Shown here: piece by piece, positions 30,579-39,000 of the stretch
Layout of the letters: each line of letters opens with the position of its first letter
Position numbering within the stretch: the first letter of the stretch is position 1
From: Verrucomicrobiota bacterium
Lineage (GTDB): Bacteria; Verrucomicrobiota; Verrucomicrobiia; Limisphaerales; UBA9464
Direction: 5' to 3'
Length of the DNA stretch: 64,000 nt
Assembly (NCBI GenBank): GCA_043755815.1
Contig: JAYUSF010000220.1
Span: forward strand, 14,361-78,360
Program-made: the position numbers and the translations under genes
The notes under the pieces: model-generated
The model's input: the letters and a program-made list of their open reading frames with translations, nothing else
Told to the model about the DNA's origin: nothing
The model's database searches: none

Positions 30579-32296
30579 TCGGGCTGGGAGGTCACGCGGA
30601 AAAATTCGGCGGCGCCGTCGAAGGCCGCCTCGCGGTTCAGCGTAGTTCCGGTTCCGGATACCGGTTCGCCCACGGATGTCCACGCGTCGAGGCTGTTGCC
30701 ACGCTCGAACTGGTAGCGAAAGCCCGCCGGCGCCGGGAGGGACACCTGCACGCCGCCGGCTTTGGGAGCCACCGTCACCCGGGCTCCATCCCCCGGGAAG
30801 ACCAGATCGGCGACCCAACCGGCATCCGTGGGAACCAGGCCCGCCAAGGCCGACCGGTTGGGATAGCGGGCGCTGCCGTAAACGGTGCGGCCGTCATGGC
30901 TGACGCGTTCGACGACGAGGTTCTGATAGCTCGCCAACGCCACGTTGGCCCCGTTCGGCAGCAATTCCGCGACCCGGTAGGGTTTGCCATCCCGGGTCCA
31001 GATTTGGAGCCGCCCCTTTGGCGTCGTGGCCCAACCGACCATCACGCTGCCGTCAAAGGAGGTGTCCTTCAGCCCGCCGGTGACTCCGGGTTTACCGGCG
31101 TAAAGCACGACGAGGCCGCTCTCCGCGGACCAGTAGGCCGGCCGTTCCATGGAACGCCCCACGACGGTCCGGCCATCGCCGGAAAGCCGGGCGGCGACGA
31201 AGCGCTTCGGAAGCGGGATCGCCGAAGCATCACCTTCCCGCCAAACTGTCGAACCCAGCAGCGCCACGCGTCCATCGTGGGAAAGCTGATAGCCGCCTTC
31301 CGAAAACGCCTGGGCGCTGCCGTGAACGACCACCGTTTCGAGGGTTTCCAGGTTCAGTCTCTGCAGTTCATTGCCTTCGCCGGAGATCAACGCATGGCGC
31401 CCGTTGGCGCTCAGTCCGGAAACCTGGGGAGGCGGCAGGTCGGTAACCATTCTCTGGCGGATCAGCTTGGGCTGCCAAGCAGTCCCGTTCCAGCGGTTGG
31501 CGGCGATCACCGAGCCGTCGGCGGAGATGCCGGCAAACGACCAGAAAACGTTGGTCATGGGGGGCGGAACGGCTGATTCCAAAACGATGTCGGCGCTCAG
31601 CCGGCTCCTTCGGACCAGCAGCGGACCGTAGAGCGGTTCGGGGTTGGTTCCAGGCGTAAGTTCGATGATCACGGCACTTCCGCCGGCTGCGAATTCCCTG
31701 AACGCCGTGCTCGGGGGTTGGTAATGAAACCCGGGTCCGGCCTGATAGTAGCTGTTCGCGAAAAGGGGTTTGAAAACACCCGGAGTCGGCGCCGTGACTT
31801 CCTGGAGGGGCGACAGTCTGGCACTTTTCAGTCCTCTCAGCGCCGTGAGTCCAGGTCCAAACTCACTTGGATTTGAAAGGGGCGGCGAATCGAACGCGGC
31901 AGATTGGCCCCGCACGCCGGCCGATTCCCATGTCGGTCGGCCCCCGCCTTCGTTATCCCAAACCCGCATCTGGATTCGCGCCTTGCTCTTCCACGGGACT
32001 CCGGGCACCGCCACTGGATCCGGGTGGTTAAAAACCCCCTCGGAGTTTCCCATGCTGACCACGGGGCCGACCGGAGCGAGGTTCTCGTCGGACGTGCCGA
32101 GCGGTCCGGCGTAGAACTGGACCGAATACTCGCTTCCCGTGAGCTGCGTGACCCCGTCGCGGTCGAAGAGCGGCGCCTCAAACGGAATGCCAAAGGTTCC
32201 GTCGCTGCTGTTCGCGCAACGAAAGGTTCCCTGGGCCAGCGTGGAGACCGCCGCCAACGCGGCGGCGAGCAAGGCTGTCGGGCAGGTCAGATTCAT
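30575..32296 (-). CDS. secreted repeat protein (S/T-x-DG-x-x-V-V-G 'HAF-like' repeats) with FFRV terminal module
   Basis: The signal is MNLTCPTALLAAALAAVSTLAQG. The N-domain FEAPLFDRDGVTQLTGSEYSVQFYAGP... is common in PVC secreted proteins. Repeated units are ISADGSVIAAN, LSANGRHALISG, LSHDGRVALLGS, LSGDGRTVVGRS, SFDGSVMVGWA and VSHDGRTVYGSA. The tail is ...YQFERGNSLDAWTSV...EFFRVTSQPE. Confidence 0.7.
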   Translation of the reverse strand: MNLTCPTALLAAALAAVSTLAQGTFRCANSSDGTFGIPFEAPLFDRDGVTQLTGSEYSVQFYAGPLGTSDENLAPVGPVVSMGNSEGVFNHPDPVAVPGVPWKSKARIQMRVWDNEGGGRPTWESAGVRGQSAAFDSPPLSNPSEFGPGLTALRGLKSARLSPLQEVTAPTPGVFKPLFANSYYQAGPGFHYQPPSTAFREFAAGGSAVIIELTPGTNPEPLYGPLLVRRSRLSADIVLESAVPPPMTNVFWSFAGISADGSVIAANRWNGTAWQPKLIRQRMVTDLPPPQVSGLSANGRHALISGEGNELQRLNLETLETVVVHGSAQAFSEGGYQLSHDGRVALLGSTVWREGDASAIPLPKRFVAARLSGDGRTVVGRSMERPAYWSAESGLVVLYAGKPGVTGGLKDTSFDGSVMVGWATTPKGRLQIWTRDGKPYRVAELLPNGANVALASYQNLVVERVSHDGRTVYGSARYPNRSALAGLVPTDAGWVADLVFPGDGARVTVAPKAGGVQVSLPAPAGFRYQFERGNSLDAWTSVGEPVSGTGTTLNREAAFDGAAEFFRVTSQPE

Positions 32297-32370
32297 GTGG
32301 CGGTTGACGTTTTGTCGCCGGGACCGCCGTCATTGGCAATACGCCAATGGGCGCAGGCTCGATCGAGTCG

Positions 32371-35133
32371 TTACGGGCGGAGCTCGCGTAGCTCTGCCGC
32401 CAGGGCCTTCGCTTCTTCCTTAGCCTCCGGTAGCGGCTTGCCCTTGCCCATGCCGGGACGCTGGTGGCCGACGTGGGTGAGCCAGGCGTCCTTCAGCACC
32501 CGCTCGCGCTGTTGCACGAGCTTCAGCACCTCGGCTCCGCGCGGATGTGACTTCACGAGCGCATCGGGTTGGTCGGCGTTCACCAGTGTGGCCTCGGCGC
32601 CAAGGTGGCGGAGCAGTTCGCGGGCGATCAGCCAGTGGCCCTGCGTGTTGGCGTGGACGCCGTCGCCGGCCAGCAGGAACTGCGGGTTGGTGCGGCGCTG
32701 TTCCGCGAGGAAGCGGTTCATCGGCCCGTGCGTGTCCACGACTTCCCAGCCGTTGGTGCGCTGGCTCACGAGCCAGTCCGAATAGCGGTCGAGCACGCCG
32801 TTGTAGCCCTCGAAGGGCTGCGGATACGCGTCGCGTCCCGCGGGCAAGGTGCGGCCGGCGAGCGGCTGCGGATCAAACACCGGCGGCGTCAGGTGGATCA
32901 CCCGGACGCCCTCGTGCGCGGCCCGTTCGCGCAGGCGCTTGATGCCGTCCTGGAACTTCTTGAAGCGCTCTTCGCCGAACGGGAAGTAGATGCCGTCATT
33001 CATGCCGTAGCAGGCGACGATCAGGTCGGGCTTCGCCCTTTCGAGCAGCCGGCCGAGGCGTTCATGCGCGTCGGGCCGTGGAAACGCGCCGCCGGCGTGG
33101 CCGTCTTCCGACAGCCCGGAAACCGTCTCGCTCGGGAGCCCAAGGTTGAGGAACTCGAGGTCGGCCGTGGGAAACTGCATTCGCACCCAGGCCTCGACGA
33201 ACTCACCCCACTCGCCGCCGTAGGTGATGCTGTCGCCGAGCCAGACGATGCGTTTCGCGGCGAGCAACCCCAGCGTCAGGGGCGCCAGCGCGCGATTGTC
33301 GGCGCCGTGATGGACCAGGCGGATCTGGCGCACGTCCATCACGGCGCCGCCCTGTTTTCGCTGCGGCTTCAGCGCAAGCGTGTGCGTGCCCGCGGCCAAA
33401 ATCACCCGGCCGAGCCGGCGCGGGACGAAGTTCTGGAAGTGGCCGGTCTCCTCGACGACGAACGGCACCTTCAGGTCGCCGATCTCGACGTTCACGTCGC
33501 TGCCGCCGTGTCCCCAGCCGCAACCTTGCAGCAGCTCAATCTCGAAGGTCCCGCCCTGCGCCAGCGTGAAGCCCCAGCTCGGCCAATCCTCGGCGCGGCC
33601 CCACCAGCCAAGCGTGTTCTTGAATGGCATCGGCTCGTAGCGCAGCACCGAACCGTGCACGGCGGCGCTCCGGGAATGGAGCAGCAACGAACCGTCGGCC
33701 TGCTGCGCGATCGGCTTGGGCTCGTGCGCCGGGTTATACATCGGCCACTGCGCGCCGACCTTGCCCTGCCAGTCGAAGAGCTTCTTCGCGAGTTCCATGA
33801 CCCGCTCCGGCTGGGCGGCTGCGAGGTCCTGCTGTTCGCCGGGATCGGCGGCGAGGTTGAAGAGTTCGTGGCGGCCGTCCTCGTAGTATTGGATCAGCTT
33901 CCAGTCGCCGGCGCGGATCGCGGCGTAAGGGGTCGCCCCGCCGGGGTGATAGTGCGGATAGTGCCAGCCGAGAACTTCCCGGCCCAGTTTGGCTGCGGGG
34001 TCGTTCAACACTGGCAGCAGGCTCAGGCCGTCGTTCAGCGGTTCGGCCTTCCGCGGTGCGCCGTCCGGCTTGGCCAAGGCCGTCGCAACCGTCGCGGCGA
34101 GGTCCATCGTGATGACCGGTTCGGCGCTCACCGAGCCGGGTTTGGTCACGCCGGGCCACTTCACCAGCAACGGCACCCGCACGCCGCCTTCGTAGGGTGA
34201 ACCCTTGCCCGAACGCAGCGGGGTGTTGGAGGTCGGCGGGTTCGGCCCGAGCACCAGCCCGCCATTGTCGGAACTGAAGATCACCACCGTGTGATCGGCG
34301 ACGCCCGCCTTGTCCAAAGCTCTGAGGATCCGGCCGACGGAGGCGTCGAGGCTCTCCAGCATCGCCGCATAGACGGCGTTGGTCTGCGAGCCGCCGACCC
34401 GGGCGGCCTTGCGCTGGTATTTGGCGACCAGCTTGGCCGGCGCCTGCAGCGGCGTGTGGACCGAGTAAGGCCAGTAGTTCAGGAAGAAGCTGCGTTCGCG
34501 ATTGGCGGCGATGAACTTCGCCGCCTCGGCGCCTTCGCGCTCGGTCAGGTATTCGCCCTTCGGCCCGTCGGGCAGCGTCGGAAGGTCGTAGGGCGCGAAG
34601 TAGCTCGGGGGCTGGCCGCGGGAGTAGCCGCCGGCGTTCACGTCGAAGCCCTGCTGCTCGGGGCCGAACCCGTCGCCGCCCAGATGCCACTTTCCGACGT
34701 GGGCCGTGGCGTAGCCCGCGGACTGGGCCCGCTCAGCGAGCGTCGTCTCGGCAAGCGGGAGCTGCTTCACCCAGTCGGCCGGCGGCTTGAGCTTCGCCTT
34801 GGGCGCGTCGTGGCCGGCGATCCAGTCGGTAATCTTCAACCGGGCCGGATACTTGCCGGTCATCAGCGCCGCGCGGGTGGGCGAACAGACCGTGCAGGCC
34901 GAATACGCCCGGGTGAAACGCATTCCCTCGCGCGCCAGCCGGTCGAGGTTCGGCGTTTCGTGAAATGTGCTGCCGGTCACACCTAGGTCATGCGCCCCCA
35001 GGTCGTCGGCCAGGATCAGTACGACGTTGAGGGGCGTGGTTTCGGCGGTGGCGGTTTGAAACGCAGCGAACAGTCCGAAGGCCAGCGAGAGCCAGCCCAG
35101 TCGGGCGCGCCGGAGGATGCGGGGGAGCGACAT
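32371..35133 (-). CDS. fusion protein: Cys-type sulfatase (N) plus beta-sandwich CBM-like module plus SGNH/GDSL hydrolase (C)
   Basis: The N-terminus has the signal LGWLSLAFGLFAAFQTATA, NVVLILADDLG, the signature CTVCSPTRAALMTGKYP, GKWHLGG and VIFSSDNGG. The C-terminus has SGNH blocks IVWLGDSITYGG (block I Ser), CYGMNDG (block III) and GDGVHANTQGH (block V D-x-x-H). Confidence 0.85.
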   Translation of the reverse strand: MSLPRILRRARLGWLSLAFGLFAAFQTATAETTPLNVVLILADDLGAHDLGVTGSTFHETPNLDRLAREGMRFTRAYSACTVCSPTRAALMTGKYPARLKITDWIAGHDAPKAKLKPPADWVKQLPLAETTLAERAQSAGYATAHVGKWHLGGDGFGPEQQGFDVNAGGYSRGQPPSYFAPYDLPTLPDGPKGEYLTEREGAEAAKFIAANRERSFFLNYWPYSVHTPLQAPAKLVAKYQRKAARVGGSQTNAVYAAMLESLDASVGRILRALDKAGVADHTVVIFSSDNGGLVLGPNPPTSNTPLRSGKGSPYEGGVRVPLLVKWPGVTKPGSVSAEPVITMDLAATVATALAKPDGAPRKAEPLNDGLSLLPVLNDPAAKLGREVLGWHYPHYHPGGATPYAAIRAGDWKLIQYYEDGRHELFNLAADPGEQQDLAAAQPERVMELAKKLFDWQGKVGAQWPMYNPAHEPKPIAQQADGSLLLHSRSAAVHGSVLRYEPMPFKNTLGWWGRAEDWPSWGFTLAQGGTFEIELLQGCGWGHGGSDVNVEIGDLKVPFVVEETGHFQNFVPRRLGRVILAAGTHTLALKPQRKQGGAVMDVRQIRLVHHGADNRALAPLTLGLLAAKRIVWLGDSITYGGEWGEFVEAWVRMQFPTADLEFLNLGLPSETVSGLSEDGHAGGAFPRPDAHERLGRLLERAKPDLIVACYGMNDGIYFPFGEERFKKFQDGIKRLRERAAHEGVRVIHLTPPVFDPQPLAGRTLPAGRDAYPQPFEGYNGVLDRYSDWLVSQRTNGWEVVDTHGPMNRFLAEQRRTNPQFLLAGDGVHANTQGHWLIARELLRHLGAEATLVNADQPDALVKSHPRGAEVLKLVQQRERVLKDAWLTHVGHQRPGMGKGKPLPEAKEEAKALAAELRELRP

Positions 35134-35199
35134 GCGGCGAGTCTGCCGCGAGCCGTCGCCGGCGGGAAGACTTGAACCGGAGAAACCGGGCGGGCGACA

Positions 35200-35229
35200 G
35201 GGAAAATTAATCTCAGAAAGTTGGTTAGA
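35200..35229 (+). promoter_or_regulatory. AT-rich ~30-bp motif, copy 1 (gggaaaattaatctcagAAAGTTGGTTAGA), upstream of the giant-gene operon
   Basis: It is an imperfect direct repeat of 35389-35417. Both copies lie in the 315-bp divergent intergenic region between the sulfatase-SGNH gene and the PEP-CTERM/giant operon. Its function (promoter or operator) is inferred only. Confidence 0.3.
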
Positions 35230-35388
35230 CCATTCAGGGGATCCCCGAACTGGAAGGTGAATGGACCGAATTCTCGAGACGCATCCGGGCGGGGCAGATC
35301 TGCCAACTGGGCACGCGCACGGCGAAGGGCGGGAGCGACCTCGGTGGACTGCCGGGTCTCGTTCACCGGGCGCAGCGATCGACGCCTC

Positions 35389-35417
35389 GGGAAAGAATTA
35401 CGGAAAAGTTGGTTAGA
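35389..35417 (+). promoter_or_regulatory. AT-rich ~30-bp motif, copy 2 (gggaaagaattacggaAAAGTTGGTTAGA)
   Basis: It shares the exact 12-mer AAGTTGGTTAGA (35406-35417 versus 35218-35229) plus flanking similarity. It ends 31 nt upstream of ATG 35449. Confidence 0.3.
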
Positions 35418-35448
35418 TGGCAGCAACGCGCAGCGAACTGAAGGGTGT

Positions 35449-36090
35449 ATGGCTTCTGGGCATTCAATCTGGCGATGGCCGCTAACGGCTCCGGGAGTGG
35501 TGCTCGCGACCGCCGTCGTGGCCACCCTCGAAGGGTCCGCCCGGGCCGCTTCGGGTTCGGGGCTCGGGACGCCCTGGGTGGCGGAAACCGATGTGCCCGC
35601 GGTGCTCCAGACCCAGACGGTGGCCCTGGTCGCCGACGGGGGGCGTCCGCTGCCCGCGCAGCTCCAGTTCGAAATCGGCTTTTCGACGCCGGAGGTGACG
35701 GCGGTCGGGCTGCTTTACGACAGCCTGACGCTTAGTCTCTCCCGCCCCGACGGCTCGGGTTCAACCATTCTCGCCACGGCGGACGCGTTCGGTCTCACGC
35801 TTGGGCCCGGCGGGGTGAGCGGGCTGATTCCGGGCGGCTCGGTCCAGGTCAGTGAAGTCGACTTCCGCGCCGTGCCGATGCCGGGCGCAACGACGACCTT
35901 CGCCTATGCGGTGGTCGTGGAACTTCCGCTTGGAGCCCGGTCCGCGGATTACCGGGCCACCTTCGACCTGTTCGGGAATGGCGACCTGCTGGTGAGCCGG
36001 AGCTATGCGCTGGCGGTGCCGGAACCGTCCGTGATGGCGCTGCTCGCGGCGGGCCTGGGTTGGACCCTGATTCGGAGGAACCGGGCATGA
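35449..36090 (+). CDS. small PEP-CTERM-anchored secreted protein (213 aa), first gene of the giant-protein operon
   Basis: The signal-like N-terminus is WPLTAPGVVLATAVVATLEGSARAASG. The C-terminal tail is the canonical LAVPEPSVMALLAAGLGWTLIRRNRA (VPEP plus TM plus basic cluster). The start is set to ATG 35449, and the stop overlaps the next gene's ATG (ATGA 36087-36090). Confidence 0.75.
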   Translation: MASGHSIWRWPLTAPGVVLATAVVATLEGSARAASGSGLGTPWVAETDVPAVLQTQTVALVADGGRPLPAQLQFEIGFSTPEVTAVGLLYDSLTLSLSRPDGSGSTILATADAFGLTLGPGGVSGLIPGGSVQVSEVDFRAVPMPGATTTFAYAVVVELPLGARSADYRATFDLFGNGDLLVSRSYALAVPEPSVMALLAAGLGWTLIRRNRA

Positions 36091-39000
36091 TCCGCAGCCT
36101 ATTCCATCGTCTTCTGGCGACCTGTTTGATCGGGCTCAGCAGCGTCAGCGCCGCCGAGTTGAGGCCGTTTCCGCTGGCGGGTGGCACCGTGGCGCTGGAA
36201 CGCGCCGACAGTCCGGCCGGCGTCTTTTTCCGGGCGTTCCGCCCGAACCGGGCCACGGGCCGCTGGGAGGTGGACCTGGTTGTCACCAATGGATCCACGA
36301 AACCCCTCCGGCTCCCGCTCGTGCTGCGCTTTGAGACCGCCGACCGCGTGGCTCCGGGAATCACCGGCACCGTCGTGGATGGCGACGGCAAACTCTTTCT
36401 CGATCTCACCGCGCAAGCGGGAGGCAGCGAACTGGCCCCCGGCATGGCGCTGCCAGGTTTTACGCTTTCACTCGGCGACGGGCAGACGCGGTCAGATCTG
36501 CGCGCGGCACTGTTCTCAGCTCCTGAAGCCCCGCCCACGACTCAGACCTTGGTGCGGACCCTGACGGCGGATGGTCTGCCGCTGGCCGGCGTCGCCGTCG
36601 AGGAAATCGGTTCCGACGCGCCGCAGAGCTTCACTTCCGCGCGTGGCGGCTGGCTGACGCTGGAAGCGCGTCCGGGCGTCCGGGGCTGGCGGTTCCAGCT
36701 TCCGGGAAACGAGCCCGTGATCCGGCTGGCCGCGGAACTCACGCTGGGGACGGTCACGGAATTGCCGTCGGTCCGGCTCGTGGCGACGGGTGCCGGCGTT
36801 GTGCAACGCTTCTCCGCCGATGCCTTGCCCGCGTCCCTGCCGCGTGGCTGGAGCCCGGCGGTGCTCGTCCGCAGCGTCGCGGGAGCGCAGACGGTTGAGT
36901 TGAATGAGGTGGTGCCGGTGGGCCGGTCGGCCGTGCTGGCGCAATGGGATGACGCGGCGTTGGTCTGGCGCGCGGTGCGAACCGTTCCCGGCGAGGGCCG
37001 GCAAAGTGTCGCGTTGAACTTTCCGGTGGCGGGACTCTTCGCCGTGCTGGTTCCCGACGCGGTGCCGGTGGCTCCCCGGATTCCCAACGCGGGTGAAGCC
37101 GTCGGTGAAGTCATTTCTGCGGTGGACCCGGCCACGCTTTCGGCCACGGGTCGCGTCAATCCGGTTTCCAGTCCGGCCCGTCGCGAGGCGGCTCTGGTCA
37201 CGGCCACGGCGACCGTGGAATTTTCCAGCCCGGCGGGTCCGCTCAGCAGCGGGCTCAAGTTTCCCTGTCAGGTCACCGAGGAATACCAGTTGCGTGACGG
37301 GACGCGGCGGCAGTTGCCCGCCTTCACGGTGCAACTCGTCGGCTATCGCCTGCCCGGTGCGGCAGCAGACGGCCCGGTGGTGGCGAAGTTTCCGGTGCGG
37401 CCGTTTCAATTGCTCGCGGGTGAGGAACTCGCGGAGGCCGTCATTCGCGTCGAGGTGCTGGCTCCGGCCGCGTTCAATGGCGGGGTGCTGAATGCCAGCG
37501 GTGGTCCGCTGGCGGACGGTGCCCTGCGGGTCACTGCTGCTGCTGGAGATTACGCGCGTCCTGAAGCGGCGGTGCTGCGGCGCTTGTCGTTGCCAGACCC
37601 GACCGGCCTCGTGCCCGCCGGACTGGAACTGACCCAGGTCTTCGAACTCAGCGTGGCCAACGCCCAGGCCGGCAAACGGCTCACGCTGCAAACCAGCCCG
37701 GTGACGCCGAACCGGAACTTTGTGCTCGCCCGTGCCGTGTTCGACGAAGGCCGTCACGGGTTCCAGCCCGTCGAGCGCATGACGAGCGACGCCGTAGGCG
37801 TGTTGAGTTCGCGCGAGCCGGCGGCCGGCGAGCGGTTACCGGGTGTGGACGGCGGCGGCCAATACTGGCTGTTCCAAACTTCCGCGGCGAACGCGCTCGT
37901 GAGCGGCATCGTGCGCGATCGCGCCGCCCAGACCGCGGCCGGTGTCGTCGTGCGTGCCGGCCCGTGGACGGCCTTCACCGATGCGGCCGGGCGCTACCAG
38001 CTCGCCGCCCCGGCGGGCACGACCGAACTGACCCTCCTCGATCCTAGGACCGATGATTCCGGCTCGGCCACGCTGACCGTCACCGCCGACTTGGCAGCCG
38101 TCTCCGCGAACGCGGACACTGCTGGGCTCGGCCCGCGAGTGCTCGCGGCATCGCCGGCAGACGGTTCAGCGAATGTCCCGCGTGTCGCGGCCGTGACGCT
38201 GACCTTCAGCCGCGCGCTCAATCCGGCGACGTTGCTGGGTGACGCCGTGAAGCTCACCGCGCCCGACGGCTCGGCAATTCCCGCGAGCGTCTCGCTGAAC
38301 CTGGCCCGCACCGCGATCACCGTGTTGCCTTCGGCGCAGTTGCCGGCTTTCGCCGCGCTCAAGCTCAGTCTCGCCGCCACGATTACCGACCTCACGGCCC
38401 GCCCGCTCGAAGGCCCGCGCGAGTTCCGCTTCACGACCGAGAGCGACGTGCTGCGGCGCGACGACGCGGCCCTGACTATTTTCGAGCCGGTGAACGGATT
38501 CGCGCCGATGGTCGGCGGTGCCGGCATGGCCGAGCCGGATTCGCCGGTGATCCTCGTCAACGACACGACCGGGTTTACGAGCACGGTGCTCTCGAAGCCC
38601 GATGGCAGCTTCACGAACGACATCCCGGCCGACGTGGACGACTTCCTCAGCGTGGTGCTGGTCAACCGCAACGGCACGCGCAACACCGTGCCCGCGAGCC
38701 GGCAGGTTTTCCGCGACGGACGCGTGGGCATCTTCGCAGCGGGCGGCACCATCCGTTCGGCGGGCGAAGGCGTGCCGGTGGACTTCATCGTGGATCCCGG
38801 TTCGATTGCCGGGAAGACGGTCTTCAAGGTCGAATCCATCGCGCCGGCCGCCTTCTCGGCGCTCGTGGCCGGGAAACTTCCCGCGGGAGCCGGCCCGATT
38901 CTCGGTGCCTTTGAACTCACCGAGACCGGCGATCCGCTGACGCTCGCGGCCGACATCAGCGTGCCGGTGAAGCTCGCCGATCTCGGCCTGCCGCCGGGCG

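Noticed and set aside
35163-35179. An exact 17-mer cgggaagacttgaaccg shared between the sulfatase upstream region (35163-35179) and the racemase remnant (61344-61360), with ~27/31 extended similarity. It superficially resembles a tRNA T-arm (GGTTCAAGTC on the minus strand).
   Set aside because: A single 17-mer match between two sites in 64 kb of GC-biased sequence, counted on both strands, is close to chance expectation. My rough estimate is a few tenths of an expected event. The flanks do not fold as a T-arm or acceptor stem, so there is no tRNA or att-site evidence.
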